The position numbers and the translations under genes were made by a program. Below the pieces are notes generated by a model. The model saw only the letters and a program-made list of their open reading frames with translations, ran no database searches and was not told where the DNA came from. Of a DNA stretch of 64,000 nucleotides, positions 10,162-20,883 are shown piece by piece (position 1 is the stretch's first letter; every line of letters begins with the position of its first letter). The stretch comes from Parapedobacter lycopersici. GTDB lineage: Bacteria > Bacteroidota > Bacteroidia > Sphingobacteriales > Sphingobacteriaceae. The stretch covers positions 81,579-145,578 of the forward strand of contig NZ_JBEBRB010000001.1 in NCBI RefSeq assembly GCF_040395035.1, given 5' to 3'.

Positions 10162-10821
10162 ATGTTACGACGCATCATCCCATTTTTATTTTTAGTTATC
10201 TTACTTACCCTGAGTGGCCGGACTTCGGCACAGGACTATTACAGTTCTACTTATCAATACAAGCCCATATCGCTGGGTATCACGTTTTCACCCAATATGG
10301 GATGGATGCGATACGGTGATTCAGACCAATACAAGGGCGCGGCAAAATTGGGATATGCCTATGGTTTATTGGCAGATTTTGCCTTTTCGGAGAACTATTA
10401 TTTTTCTTCAGGATTATTAATCAACACATTGAACACAAAAAGTTCGGAACCGATTGCGGATGTGACAAGCGCAACGATGGACCGGGAGTACCGGATTCAA
10501 TATGCGGAAATACCCATTGCCCTAAAATTGAAAAGTACCCAGCGGTACTTCCGCAGTTACTACGGGCTATTTGGATTCACCGCCGGTTTTAAATTGAACG
10601 CGAAAGAAAAACAACAAGGTGCCGATACCCGTACCTCTCTGGGTAAGGAGGCAGATTTACTGCGTCTGGCATTACAGATTGGGGGTGGCGTTGAATGGCA
10701 ACTGGATCACAACCTGGTGATGATGACCGGGCTGACGTTCAACAACGGATTTACGCAGGCTATCAGAGCCGGCGAACCACGAAACTCGTATGCCGCATTC
10801 AACTTCGGTATTTTCTTCTAA
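10162..10821 (+). CDS. Outer-membrane beta-barrel (porin / PorT-like family) protein
   Basis: Signal peptide, amphipathic strands, YAEIPIALKLKS, C-terminal FNFGIFF. Confidence 0.75.
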   Translation: MLRRIIPFLFLVILLTLSGRTSAQDYYSSTYQYKPISLGITFSPNMGWMRYGDSDQYKGAAKLGYAYGLLADFAFSENYYFSSGLLINTLNTKSSEPIADVTSATMDREYRIQYAEIPIALKLKSTQRYFRSYYGLFGFTAGFKLNAKEKQQGADTRTSLGKEADLLRLALQIGGGVEWQLDHNLVMMTGLTFNNGFTQAIRAGEPRNSYAAFNFGIFF

Positions 10822-10840
10822 CCAGGCTTAATAAACGCAC

Positions 10841-12484
10841 ATGATCATCGCGCTGGCACAGCTCAACTACCACATCGGTAATTTTGAGCAAAATACTGCT
10901 AAAATAATCCGGACCATTCATGCTGCCCGGGATCAGGGCGCTGACCTTGTTGTGTTTGCCGAACTGGCGATTGGCGGTTACCCGGCAAAGGATTTATTAC
11001 GGTCTGACGCTTTTCTGACGGCCTGCCAACAATCGTTGCTTCAGATCGCCGAACAAAGCCTCGGCATTGCCTGCATCATTGGCGTGCCTTTGCCCAACAC
11101 GACAGGCAGGGGTAAAGCACTGTTCAACGCGGCAGCCTTTTTAGCTGAAGGCAAAGTGCAGCAAATCGTCAACAAAGGGTTGTTGCCCGATTATGACATA
11201 TTTGATGAATACCGTTATTTCCAACCAGCCGACACGCATCACTGCATATCCTATCAGGGGCACCGGATTGCGCTAACTATCTGTGAGGATCTCTGGAATG
11301 CTGTGGAACCTAAATTATATGCAGGGAGTCCGATGGACAAGTTACGTGAAGAACATCCGGACATAATTATCAATATTGCCGCGTCACCATTTTCATACAG
11401 TCACCAGCAAGAGCGCATTGCCGTATTGCAGGGTGAAGCAAGACGGTCAAAACTGCCGTTGCTGTACCTGAACCAGGTGGGGGCGCATACTGATATCATT
11501 TTTGATGGCCGGTCCATTATTCTTTCAGACGAAGGTGAGCTGGTGGACACGATGGCACCCTTCGAAGAGGATATTCGTTATTACCGGTTTGAAAGCAACG
11601 ACATTACGCCACTGCAAAAACGCAGCGATCTGCAGCAACCGGATGAAGTCGCCCTGATTTACCAGGCATTGTTGCTTGGCATCCGGGATTATTTCAAAAA
11701 ATCGGGATTTACGCGGGCGGTAGTGGGATTATCAGGCGGCATTGATTCTGCAGTCGTTGCGGCACTTGCATGCGAGGCGCTTGGGCCGGAGAATGTGATG
11801 GCCGTCCTTATGCCTTCCGTGTATTCGAGCGATCATTCCATCAGCGATGCACTTGATCTGGTACACTATACCGGATGCCTGCATGAGATTATTCCTATAC
11901 AACCGATCGCCGAAGCGTTCAATGACCAGTTAACGACAGCCTTTAAAGGGTTGTCGCAGGATATCACTGAGGAAAATATCCAGGCCCGTATTCGTGGCAC
12001 CCTGCTGATGGCCATGGCAAATAAACACGGTTACATTCTGCTGAACACTTCCAATAAAAGCGAAGCTGCGGTTGGCTACGGCACCTTATACGGGGATATG
12101 GCAGGCGCATTGGGCGTAATCGGTGATGTGTATAAGACGCAGGTATATCAATTGGCGCACTACATTAACCGCGACCGAGTACTCATCCCCCACAACACGT
12201 TAGTAAAGCCCCCTTCCGCGGAATTACGGCCAGACCAGCAGGACAGCGACTCACTGCCGGAATATGCGCTGTTGGATGCGGTGCTCTTTCAATATATTGA
12301 ACACGAAAAAAGTGCGGAACAACTTGTCGGTCTGGGCTTCGAACCTGCATTAGTGAACCGCATCCTGAGATTAGTCAACCAGGCTGAATTCAAACGTTTC
12401 CAAAGTCCGCCTATACTGCGGATAAGCAATAAGGCATTTGGTGGCGGACGAGTGATGCCGCTGGTAGCCAAATACCCCCTTTAA
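10841..12484 (+). CDS. nadE: Glutamine-dependent NAD+ synthetase
   Basis: N-terminal nitrilase domain (ICEDLW) and synthetase domain (GLSGGIDSA, ENIQARIRG, NKSEAAVGYGTLYGD, KPPSAEL). Confidence 0.96.
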   Translation: MIIALAQLNYHIGNFEQNTAKIIRTIHAARDQGADLVVFAELAIGGYPAKDLLRSDAFLTACQQSLLQIAEQSLGIACIIGVPLPNTTGRGKALFNAAAFLAEGKVQQIVNKGLLPDYDIFDEYRYFQPADTHHCISYQGHRIALTICEDLWNAVEPKLYAGSPMDKLREEHPDIIINIAASPFSYSHQQERIAVLQGEARRSKLPLLYLNQVGAHTDIIFDGRSIILSDEGELVDTMAPFEEDIRYYRFESNDITPLQKRSDLQQPDEVALIYQALLLGIRDYFKKSGFTRAVVGLSGGIDSAVVAALACEALGPENVMAVLMPSVYSSDHSISDALDLVHYTGCLHEIIPIQPIAEAFNDQLTTAFKGLSQDITEENIQARIRGTLLMAMANKHGYILLNTSNKSEAAVGYGTLYGDMAGALGVIGDVYKTQVYQLAHYINRDRVLIPHNTLVKPPSAELRPDQQDSDSLPEYALLDAVLFQYIEHEKSAEQLVGLGFEPALVNRILRLVNQAEFKRFQSPPILRISNKAFGGGRVMPLVAKYPL

Positions 12485-12591
12485 GCCCATTGATTAGTAT
12501 TAAAATCCGTTAAACCTTTTTTGGGATTAATCGTCTAATAAATGACTGATTACCACATAGGCGATTGTCTATACCGAAAGGAGGCTGACAA

Positions 12592-13173
12592 ATGAAAAAG
12601 CTGATTATATATATGCTACCATTGGTTATGGTGGCACTTTCCTGTTCTTCATACCGGTATCATATGACCAAAATGACCGGAAGAGACTTTTCGCAGTTCC
12701 ATACCTATGGCTGGCTACCGCCGGTAGATTCGCTTTCCAAGTCGTATTTTGACAACGATATTGCGCAAAACAACATTATGGAAACGGCGAACCGGGAATT
12801 GGAGGCCCGCGGACTGACCTATACCAAAGACAATCCCGACCTGCTATTCCGGTATATTGCCATCGTAAACAATAAAAGCAAGCCTTTATATGCCCCTGCT
12901 TATGGTTTTTATCCCTGGGGAATGTGGGGGTACAATCCGTGGATGTGGGGTGGATGGCACATGGGCTGGAATCAACCGGCGGGAAAAGCATTATACCGTG
13001 CAGGACACATTATCATTGAAGCCCGGGAACGAAAAACGGACGCCGTGATCTGGCAGGCAAGGGGTACGGGTGAGGTACGAACCCCCGAAGACGCAATCAA
13101 TAAGCTTCCAGAAGTAGTTGCCCAGGTGATGGCACAGTACCCCGTTCCGCCACAGACAACCAGCGGCCGCTAG
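12592..13173 (+). CDS. DUF4136-like lipoprotein
   Basis: Lipobox ALSC, DFSQFHTYGW, PDLL, G/W/Y-rich loop, VIWQARG. Confidence 0.7.
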   Translation: MKKLIIYMLPLVMVALSCSSYRYHMTKMTGRDFSQFHTYGWLPPVDSLSKSYFDNDIAQNNIMETANRELEARGLTYTKDNPDLLFRYIAIVNNKSKPLYAPAYGFYPWGMWGYNPWMWGGWHMGWNQPAGKALYRAGHIIIEARERKTDAVIWQARGTGEVRTPEDAINKLPEVVAQVMAQYPVPPQTTSGR

Positions 13174-13424
13174 CTTGGCGATCACTGTTTACCATCATTT
13201 CGGAACCATTCTTCGTGGCAGCCGGGCTATTATTTCCTGCCAACTTGATTCGTTTTTACTTTACTACTCAGTTAGCCAACAATAGCAAGGCGCTCAATCC
13301 CGCAATCTTTTTACGTTAAGATGAGCTTACCATCGAGAAAAATACCCGTATTTTGCGATAGGTAAAAGTACAGGCTCCTTATGTGGACGCCTATGGCAGT
13401 TTATATTACAAATAACATATTCAA

Positions 13425-14561
13425 ATGAAAATAGGCATTGTATGCTATCCTACCTTCGGCGGAAGTGGTGTAGTAGCAACGGAATTGGGGAAAGCGTTAG
13501 CTGCCCATGGGCACCAGATCCATTTCATCACGTACAGTCAGCCGGCACGACTTGATTTTTTTTCTGAAAACCTGTTTTATCACGAAGTTACCATTTCCAA
13601 ATACCCGCTTTTTGATTTCCCCCCTTATGAACTAGCACTTGCCAGTAAATTGGTTGATGTGGTCCGTTTTGAACAACTGGATATCCTGCATGTTCATTAT
13701 GCAATTCCACACGCCTCTGCCGCCTTTATGGCCAAACAAATACTGGCCACCTATAATATCAAAATTCCGGTGGTGACTACGCTGCACGGCACAGACATTA
13801 CGCTGGTTGGCAAAGACGCGAGTTATAGCCCGGTCGTTACTTTTTCCATTAACCAATCGGACGGGGTTACTGCCGTTTCGCAGAATCTGAAAGCGGAAAC
13901 ATTGAACCACTTTGATATCCATCGCGAAATCTGCGTCATACCCAATTTCATCGATCTTGCGCGATTTAACCTCAAGCCGCGACAGCATTTTAAGCAAGCT
14001 ATTGCTCCTGGCGATGAACGGGTATTGGTGCACACGTCTAACTTCCGGAAAGTAAAGCGTACAACCGATGTAATCCGGATATTTAAAAAAGTAAAGGAAA
14101 GAATACCGAGTAAACTGCTGATGGTAGGTGATGGACCCGAGCGCACGCATGCAGAACAATTGTCACGCGAACTCGGTGTCGCCGATGATGTCCGATTTCT
14201 CGGAAAGCAGGACGCCATTGAAGAAATCCTGTCTGTATCTGACCTATTCCTGATTCCCTCTGGCTCGGAAAGTTTCGGGCTTGCGGCATTGGAAGCCATG
14301 GCCTGTAAAGTACCCATTATTTCATCCAACACCGGCGGGTTACCTGAGCTAAATCACAATGGGGTTACCGGTTACCTCAGCGAAGTAGGTGATGTCGATG
14401 ACATGGCCGCCAATGCCATTCATATCCTGGAAGATAACGACCGGCTTGAGCAGTTTAAGGAGGCTGCCCTGAACCGGGCAAAAGATTTTCAGCTGGCCAA
14501 TATCATGCCGCTTTATGAGCAGTATTACCAGGAGGTCATTGCTGAAGTTGCTTCTTCGTAA
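13425..14561 (+). CDS. bshA: N-acetyl-alpha-D-glucosaminyl L-malate synthase
   Basis: MKIGIVCYPTFGGSGVVATELG, HVHYAIPHA, TTLHGTDITLVG, ESFGLAALEAMAC. Confidence 0.95.
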   Translation: MKIGIVCYPTFGGSGVVATELGKALAAHGHQIHFITYSQPARLDFFSENLFYHEVTISKYPLFDFPPYELALASKLVDVVRFEQLDILHVHYAIPHASAAFMAKQILATYNIKIPVVTTLHGTDITLVGKDASYSPVVTFSINQSDGVTAVSQNLKAETLNHFDIHREICVIPNFIDLARFNLKPRQHFKQAIAPGDERVLVHTSNFRKVKRTTDVIRIFKKVKERIPSKLLMVGDGPERTHAEQLSRELGVADDVRFLGKQDAIEEILSVSDLFLIPSGSESFGLAALEAMACKVPIISSNTGGLPELNHNGVTGYLSEVGDVDDMAANAIHILEDNDRLEQFKEAALNRAKDFQLANIMPLYEQYYQEVIAEVASS

Positions 14562-14656
14562 CGCCGGTATAACCGATTTCTTGCGATTGACGGGCCGACG
14601 GTACAAAAAAACTTTTATCTTTGGCGGTTGAAAAGTCTTTCCCAAGGCAATAATAT

Positions 14657-15364
14657 ATGAAATATAAACGCATCCTTCTGAAACTCAGCGGTGAAGCGCT
14701 GATGGGTGATCAGAGCTACGGCATCGACATTAATCGGGTCCTTCAATACGCCAAAGATATCAAGGAAATCCACGGTAAGGGAATGGAAATAGCCATCGTC
14801 ATCGGTGGCGGCAACATCTACCGCGGGCTTAGTGCCGAACAGGCGGGAATGGATCGTGTGCAGGCGGATTACATGGGTATGCTGGCTACCGTTATCAACA
14901 GCATGGCACTGCAGGATGCTTTGGAAAAGCTGCAGATCAAGACCCGGCTGCTCACTGCAATCAAAATGGAGCAGATCTGTGAGCCGTTCATCAGGCGGCG
15001 TGCTGTCCGACACCTTGAAAAGGGAAGGGTTGTTATTTTTGGTGCGGGTACGGGAAACCCATATTTTACTACCGATACCGCCGCTTCGCTACGTGCTATC
15101 GAAATCAATGCAGACGTTGTACTTAAAGGAACCCGCGTAGACGGTATTTATACGGCAGACCCGCTGAAAGATCCGAAAGCCACACGATTTGACGAGATCA
15201 CTTTTCAAGACGTATACAACCGCGGACTGAATGTAATGGACATGACCGCTTTCACATTATGCCAGGAAAATAAATTACCCATTATTGTCTTCGACATGAA
15301 CAAACCTGGGAATTTGGCGCGGCTTGCCAATGGCGAATCCATTGGGACGTTAGTGAAAGAATAG
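14657..15364 (+). CDS. pyrH: UMP kinase
   Basis: [34 protein letters not shown]. Confidence 0.97.
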   Translation: MKYKRILLKLSGEALMGDQSYGIDINRVLQYAKDIKEIHGKGMEIAIVIGGGNIYRGLSAEQAGMDRVQADYMGMLATVINSMALQDALEKLQIKTRLLTAIKMEQICEPFIRRRAVRHLEKGRVVIFGAGTGNPYFTTDTAASLRAIEINADVVLKGTRVDGIYTADPLKDPKATRFDEITFQDVYNRGLNVMDMTAFTLCQENKLPIIVFDMNKPGNLARLANGESIGTLVKE

Positions 15365-15389
15365 TTGTTTTATCAAATAAATAAATGAC

Positions 15390-15953
15390 ATGGACGAACT
15401 TATAGCGCTACAATTAGAAGACAGTGCCGCCGAAATGGCGAAGGCGGTGGCTCATACCGAATCTGAACTGACCAAAATCCGCGCCGGAAAGGCCATGCCT
15501 TCCATGCTTGACGGTATATACGTAGATTACTACGGCACTGCGACACCGCTAGCGCAGATTAGCAATGTCAATACCCCCGACGCCCGTACACTGACGATAC
15601 AACCTTGGGAGAAAAACATGTTATCGGCCATCGAAAAAGCTATTCTGGATGCAAATATCGGTTTAACGCCCCAAAATGATGGCAATGTCATCCGGCTGAT
15701 CATCCCCCCCCTTACCGAGGAACGCAGACGGGATCTCGTAAAAAAGGTAAAAGAAGAAGCTGAAAAAGGCCGCGTAACCGTTAGGAACTTACGCAAAGAC
15801 GCCAATGACGGGATCAAAAAGCTTAAAAATGATGGCGTTTCCGAAGACGAGATCAAAGCCGGGGAAGCCGAAGTACAGAAGCTGACAGACAAATACATTG
15901 CCGCAGTTGACCGACTTGCCGAAGCTAAAGAAAAGGATATTATGACGGTATAA
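15390..15953 (+). CDS. frr: Ribosome recycling factor
   Basis: IRAGKA, YYGTATPL, PQNDG, PPLTEERRRDLVK; follows pyrH. Confidence 0.97.
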   Translation: MDELIALQLEDSAAEMAKAVAHTESELTKIRAGKAMPSMLDGIYVDYYGTATPLAQISNVNTPDARTLTIQPWEKNMLSAIEKAILDANIGLTPQNDGNVIRLIIPPLTEERRRDLVKKVKEEAEKGRVTVRNLRKDANDGIKKLKNDGVSEDEIKAGEAEVQKLTDKYIAAVDRLAEAKEKDIMTV

Positions 15954-15960
15954 TTACCGG

Positions 15961-17172
15961 CTAATGGTTAGAAATAACCAGTAAATCCAGGTCTTTGGGT
16001 GTCATTCCAAACTTATTGGCCATATCTTTATTAGTAAGGTGACCCTGAAAAAGGTATATCGCATTGCGGATACCGGGCCTTGACCAAATCAGATTCATTA
16101 CACTCCCCATTTCTCCAACATCCAGCAGGATTGGTGTTAGGATATTGGTTAGTGCGTATGTTGCTGTACGTGCGACCCGCGACGCAATATTGGGAACGCA
16201 GTAATGAATAACATCATATTTACGGAATACGGGCTCCGCATGATTCGTTATCTGAGAAGTTTCAAAACATCCCCCCTGATCGATACTCACATCTATAAGT
16301 ACCGAATTCGGCTTCATTTTGGCGACAGTTTCTTCGCTGATGACACACGGGCTCCGGCCGTTGGTTGCCCGGACGGCGCCAATCACCACATCACAGGAAA
16401 TTACCGCCTTGCGCAAAACAATTGGCTGAATAACCGAGGTAAACACCCGGCTTCCCACATTATTCTGCAACCGCCTGAGTCGGTACACGGATGAGTCAAA
16501 TACCTTAACCTGGGCTCCCAGTGAAATGGCTGTCCGTGCAGCAAACTCTCCTACCGTACCCGCTCCAATGATAACCATTTCCGTTGGCGGAACACCGGTA
16601 ATTCCACCAAGCATCAATCCTTTTCCATCAAAAACATTGCTAAGATATTCTGCCGCTATCAGCACTGAAGTAGCACCGACAATTTCACTCATTGCCCGTA
16701 CGACAGTAAGCGTGCCTCCCTCGTCGCGCAGGTATTCATACGATAAAGCTGTTATCTTCTTTTTCATCAGCGCCTGCAACAGCTCAAGGCTCATCAGCGA
16801 AGGCTGTTGAGAGGAAAGCAGCATCTGTCCGCTCCGCATCAACTCCACTTCTTCCAGTGTAGGCGGAGCGATCTTGATGACAATATTAGCTTTATAGACT
16901 TCTTCTTTGTTGTGTACAATACGCGCCCCCTGTTCGCTGTAATGATGGTCTAAAAAATTAGCGGCGTTTCCGGCCCCACTTTCCAACACTACTTCATGGC
17001 CATTTTCAATGAGCAACGCCACGGAAAGAGGCGTTAAGGGAACACGATTCTCCTGAAAGCTGATTTCTTTAGGTATTCCAATGAAGAGGCTGTCTTTCTT
17101 TTTCCGGTTTTCCAACACAGCTTCTTGGGGCTGCAACAACGCCTGACGCGCCAATTTAGATAGCTCATTCAT
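15961..17172 (-). CDS. ald: Alanine dehydrogenase
   Basis: IGIPKE..ENRVPLTP, IIGAGTVG, DVSIDQGGCFETS, HYCVPNI. Start moved to ATG 17172. Confidence 0.9.
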   Translation of the reverse strand: MNELSKLARQALLQPQEAVLENRKKKDSLFIGIPKEISFQENRVPLTPLSVALLIENGHEVVLESGAGNAANFLDHHYSEQGARIVHNKEEVYKANIVIKIAPPTLEEVELMRSGQMLLSSQQPSLMSLELLQALMKKKITALSYEYLRDEGGTLTVVRAMSEIVGATSVLIAAEYLSNVFDGKGLMLGGITGVPPTEMVIIGAGTVGEFAARTAISLGAQVKVFDSSVYRLRRLQNNVGSRVFTSVIQPIVLRKAVISCDVVIGAVRATNGRSPCVISEETVAKMKPNSVLIDVSIDQGGCFETSQITNHAEPVFRKYDVIHYCVPNIASRVARTATYALTNILTPILLDVGEMGSVMNLIWSRPGIRNAIYLFQGHLTNKDMANKFGMTPKDLDLLVISNH

Positions 17173-17365
17173 AGGGTTCACATTCGCAAAATTGTAATAC
17201 GCGAAAATAATCAAAGTTATTAACAATAACGACAGCCGATGGGCTTTGCCTGCATTAAAATTTCCGATAAATGGCTAAAAATGCAAATGAGCAGCTGAAT
17301 CTTTTTTTCTATCGGAAAATAGTATATTTGAAAACTATCAATTGTCACCCTATACAGTAAACTAA

Positions 17366-19291
17366 ATGTTTGATCGGTTTAGCATCGTACCCCGTTGGGT
17401 GATTTTTATGCTGGATTTGTGCTGCAGCGCTGTAGCATTGTTCTTTGCGTCATTATTATTAAATGGATTCAATTACCAGGCAATTCATTCGACGACATTC
17501 AGCCGGAACCTGCTTATTCTGTTAGGCGTTAATGTAATGGTGTTTTACCGGCTGCAAATGTATGCCGGCATCGTGCGATACACAAGTGCATTGGATTCCG
17601 TACGCATTCTATCATCCATATCATTAACAGTGATCATCCTCTTTCTCTTAAACAATATACTGATCGCATTCAACCGTGCGCCGCTATTAACCAACAGCCA
17701 GTTAATTACTTATGGATTAATGAGTTTTCTGTTTCTTATTACCTACCGGTCCGCGGTTAAGCTTTTCTTTCTATACATTAAAAACATGAAGGTCAACCGG
17801 CGGCAGACAATTATATACGGTGCCGGCGATGTAGGCATTGCCACTAAACGGACCCTGGATCACGATCATAACACCAATAATGTCGTTGTTGGTTTCATTG
17901 ACGACAACACGCAGAAAATCGGCAAAGTCATTGATGGTGTACGGATTTATGATACGGAATATTTTGAGCAGCTCATCCTACTGGGGAAAGTGGACGAGTT
18001 AATCATATCCACACATAATATCCCTGTTGAGAAGAAGACGAGAATCGTCGATTTGTGCCTGGAAAAAAACGTAAAGGTGCTTACCATGCCACCGGTTCAC
18101 CGCCTTATCAACGGCGAAGTTAATGCAAGCCACATCCAGAAAATGCGGATCGAGGACCTGCTCGAACGCGAAGCTATTAAAATCAACAATCAATCCATCA
18201 GCCGGCAGCTGAAGGGTAAACGTATTTTAGTAACCGGTGCGGCCGGATCCATCGGCAGCGAAATTGCACGGCAGCTGGGGCATTATGCGCCCCAGATGGT
18301 CATCCTGAATGATCAAGCTGAAACACCTTTACATGAATTGCACCTCGAGTTGCTAGAGAGTCAAAAAAGTCAGGTATACCATGCTTATATCGGTGATATT
18401 CGTGACTCGGAGCGTATGGAGTCGTTGTTTCGCACATTCAAGCCACATTACGTATATCATGCTGCGGCATATAAACACGTGCCGATGATGGAAAACCATC
18501 CCGTAGAAGCCGTCCGGACAAATATCATGGGCACCCGTCTTCTTGCCCGTCTGGCCGTACAGTACGGTGTCGAAAAATTTGTTATGATCTCTACAGATAA
18601 AGCGGTAAATCCTACTAACGTAATGGGCGCATCCAAACGCATCGCAGAGATCTATGTACAAACTTATTTCAATCACCTCTTACAAAAGAACACATTGCTG
18701 GAGGGCAATAATAGCCAACCACACACACTTTTTATTACCACCCGGTTCGGGAATGTACTGGGATCCAACGGCTCCGTGATACCAAGGTTTCAAGCTCAGA
18801 TTGAAAAGGGCGGACCACTAACGGTAACCCATCCCGAAATCACTCGTTTTTTCATGACCATTCCCGAAGCCTGCCAACTGGTACTGGAGGCAGGCTCTAT
18901 GGGAAAAGGCGGGGAAATCTATGTGTTTGACATGGGTGAGTCGGTAAAAATTGTGGAGCTGGCGAACAAAATGATCAAATTATCTGGCCTTATACCCAAC
19001 AAAGATATTACGATTGAATATTCGGGACTTCGTCCCGGTGAAAAATTATACGAAGAGTTGTTGAACGATTTAGAAAACACCTTACCCACACACCATCACA
19101 AGATCATGATCGCCAAGGTAAGGGAATATGATTTTGAAGCAGTCAACAAACAGATTGACAGCCTGGTTGCAAGCGCAAGGCATCAAAATGAACGGGAGAT
19201 CGTATTCAAAATGAAGGAAATGGTTCCCGAGTTCAAGAGTAATAATTCCGTCTATGAGGAATTGGATAGACGGAAAAATATGGGCACATAG
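17366..19291 (+). CDS. Membrane-bound nucleoside-diphosphate sugar 4,6-dehydratase (CapD/WbpM/PglF type)
   Basis: Four N-terminal TM segments, TGAAGSIGSE, HAAAYKHVP, STDKAVNPTNVMGASK, RFGNVLGS. Confidence 0.92.
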   Translation: MFDRFSIVPRWVIFMLDLCCSAVALFFASLLLNGFNYQAIHSTTFSRNLLILLGVNVMVFYRLQMYAGIVRYTSALDSVRILSSISLTVIILFLLNNILIAFNRAPLLTNSQLITYGLMSFLFLITYRSAVKLFFLYIKNMKVNRRQTIIYGAGDVGIATKRTLDHDHNTNNVVVGFIDDNTQKIGKVIDGVRIYDTEYFEQLILLGKVDELIISTHNIPVEKKTRIVDLCLEKNVKVLTMPPVHRLINGEVNASHIQKMRIEDLLEREAIKINNQSISRQLKGKRILVTGAAGSIGSEIARQLGHYAPQMVILNDQAETPLHELHLELLESQKSQVYHAYIGDIRDSERMESLFRTFKPHYVYHAAAYKHVPMMENHPVEAVRTNIMGTRLLARLAVQYGVEKFVMISTDKAVNPTNVMGASKRIAEIYVQTYFNHLLQKNTLLEGNNSQPHTLFITTRFGNVLGSNGSVIPRFQAQIEKGGPLTVTHPEITRFFMTIPEACQLVLEAGSMGKGGEIYVFDMGESVKIVELANKMIKLSGLIPNKDITIEYSGLRPGEKLYEELLNDLENTLPTHHHKIMIAKVREYDFEAVNKQIDSLVASARHQNEREIVFKMKEMVPEFKSNNSVYEELDRRKNMGT

Positions 19292-19360
19292 TATTTCGGA
19301 GACAAAACTTGCATATCATTTGTAAAAGTGTATTTTTGCAGTCCGAATTTAAACACAGAA

Positions 19361-20041
19361 ATGTCAAGTAATCAAAAACATAAAGCTACGGCGACTGCTC
19401 CGGTTAAAAAGGGAAGCGGTAGCTTCATCCTGGAAAATCAAAAAAGTCTGGTCTTCATCCTTGGTGCAATTGTCGTGTTGATTCTGTTATACATCGGTTA
19501 TCAGCGGTTTTATTTGGCGCCACGGGCGGAAACAGCTGCAAACCAGCTCTACAAAGCAGAGACATATGCGACCATCGACTCATTGCAGCAAAGAGCAATT
19601 GACGGTGATGGATCCTATCCGGGATTTAAAGAAATTGCGGACGAATATGAAAATACAAAGTCCGCTAATATTGCAAATGCCTATTTGGGTGGCCTATATT
19701 TACGCCAAGGTAAATACCAAGAGGCCATAAATGCACTGGAAAAGTACAGCAACACGGGCAGCACCATTCTCGATCCGCTGGTTATCGGGTTGCTTGGCGA
19801 TGCATACAGCGAACTTAAGGACTATAAAAAAGCGGCTTCCTATTATAAAAAGGCTGCCGAAAAAAACCAGAATATGTTTACCTCGCCCCTTTTGCTGAAG
19901 AAATTAGGGCTTGTGTATGAAGCACAGAATGATTTTAAACAGGCAATAACGGTTTACAAGCAGATCCAGGCAGATTATCCGGAGAGCCACGAGGCGTCCA
20001 CAGTAGAAAGCTACATAGCCCGTGCGGAAGCACAACTGTAG
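19361..20041 (+). CDS. Membrane-anchored tetratricopeptide-repeat protein
   Basis: One TM helix then TPR-like repeats; TAttTTTG element near 19331 supports ATG 19361. Confidence 0.8.
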   Translation: MSSNQKHKATATAPVKKGSGSFILENQKSLVFILGAIVVLILLYIGYQRFYLAPRAETAANQLYKAETYATIDSLQQRAIDGDGSYPGFKEIADEYENTKSANIANAYLGGLYLRQGKYQEAINALEKYSNTGSTILDPLVIGLLGDAYSELKDYKKAASYYKKAAEKNQNMFTSPLLLKKLGLVYEAQNDFKQAITVYKQIQADYPESHEASTVESYIARAEAQL

Positions 20042-20101
20042 CCTACCTAATATATTAGCAACGGCAGGCACTGACCTGCCCCACACATTTCTGTATTTGC
20101 T

Positions 20102-20614
20102 ATGGCCAGCAATCTTAAAAGTTTATCGGACTTTTCCCACCTCCATGTGGCTTCAGCCGCGCCTTACCGATTTGGCATTGTGGTTTCCCAATGGAACGCC
20201 CAAGTAACTGAAAGCTTATTGAACGGTGCATTACAGTCGCTGAAAAAACATGGCGCACATGAAGAAAACATTCTCCTTGCTGAAGTACCCGGCAGTTACG
20301 AGTTAACTACCGGAGCTGATATTTTACTTCGTGACCCGTCTTTGGATGCTGTAATCTGTTTGGGCTGCGTAATACAGGGGGAAACCCGCCATTTTGACTA
20401 CATCTGCAGTGCCGTCGCTCATGGTGTCACTCAGGTGGCAATAAAATATAATAAACCAGTTGTTTTTGGCGTTTTGACTACAGATAATCTGCAACAAGCG
20501 CTGGATCGGTCGGGCGGGATACATGGCAACAAAGGGGAAGAGGCCGCTATTACGGCAATCCAGATGGCGGCATTAAGCAATCGCCATGCTCCTCCGGCTA
20601 CGGGCACGGATTAG
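20102..20614 (+). CDS. ribH: 6,7-dimethyl-8-ribityllumazine synthase
   Basis: VVSQWN, VPGSYEL, LGCVIQGETRHFDY, FGVLTT, NKGEEAA. Confidence 0.96.
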   Translation: MASNLKSLSDFSHLHVASAAPYRFGIVVSQWNAQVTESLLNGALQSLKKHGAHEENILLAEVPGSYELTTGADILLRDPSLDAVICLGCVIQGETRHFDYICSAVAHGVTQVAIKYNKPVVFGVLTTDNLQQALDRSGGIHGNKGEEAAITAIQMAALSNRHAPPATGTD

Positions 20615-20672
20615 TACGGGGTTATACCAGTTTTAACAAAATAGTTATCTTTGTAAAACGAAATCCGCTGAC

Positions 20673-20795
20673 ATGAAAAAGACGATCACGATTGGTTTGA
20701 TTTTTTTATTGCTTGGATGCTTAGCATTGCAATCCTGCTCAAGGAGAACGTGCGCGGCCTATAATACCTATCCGAAAACAAAACGCATTCGATAA
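20673..20795 (+). CDS. Small 40-aa lipoprotein, not in the supplied ORF track
   Basis: Manual translation MKKTITIGLIFLLLGCLALQSCSRRTCAAYNTYPKTKRIR*; signal peptide II shape with LQSC; TAtcTTTG at 20646-20653. Confidence 0.65.
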   Translation: MKKTITIGLIFLLLGCLALQSCSRRTCAAYNTYPKTKRIR

Positions 20796-20883
20796 TTGTT
20801 AGCTTCACTTAGACAATCCAGTTGGCGCCGGGACGATTAAAGTTCAGGTTATTCGGGACTGGTTATTGACAGAGACTTGAGGG

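Noticed and set aside
13174-13424. 250-bp intergenic region before bshA as possible sRNA or small ORF
   Set aside because: No stable structure or credible ORF found on either strand.
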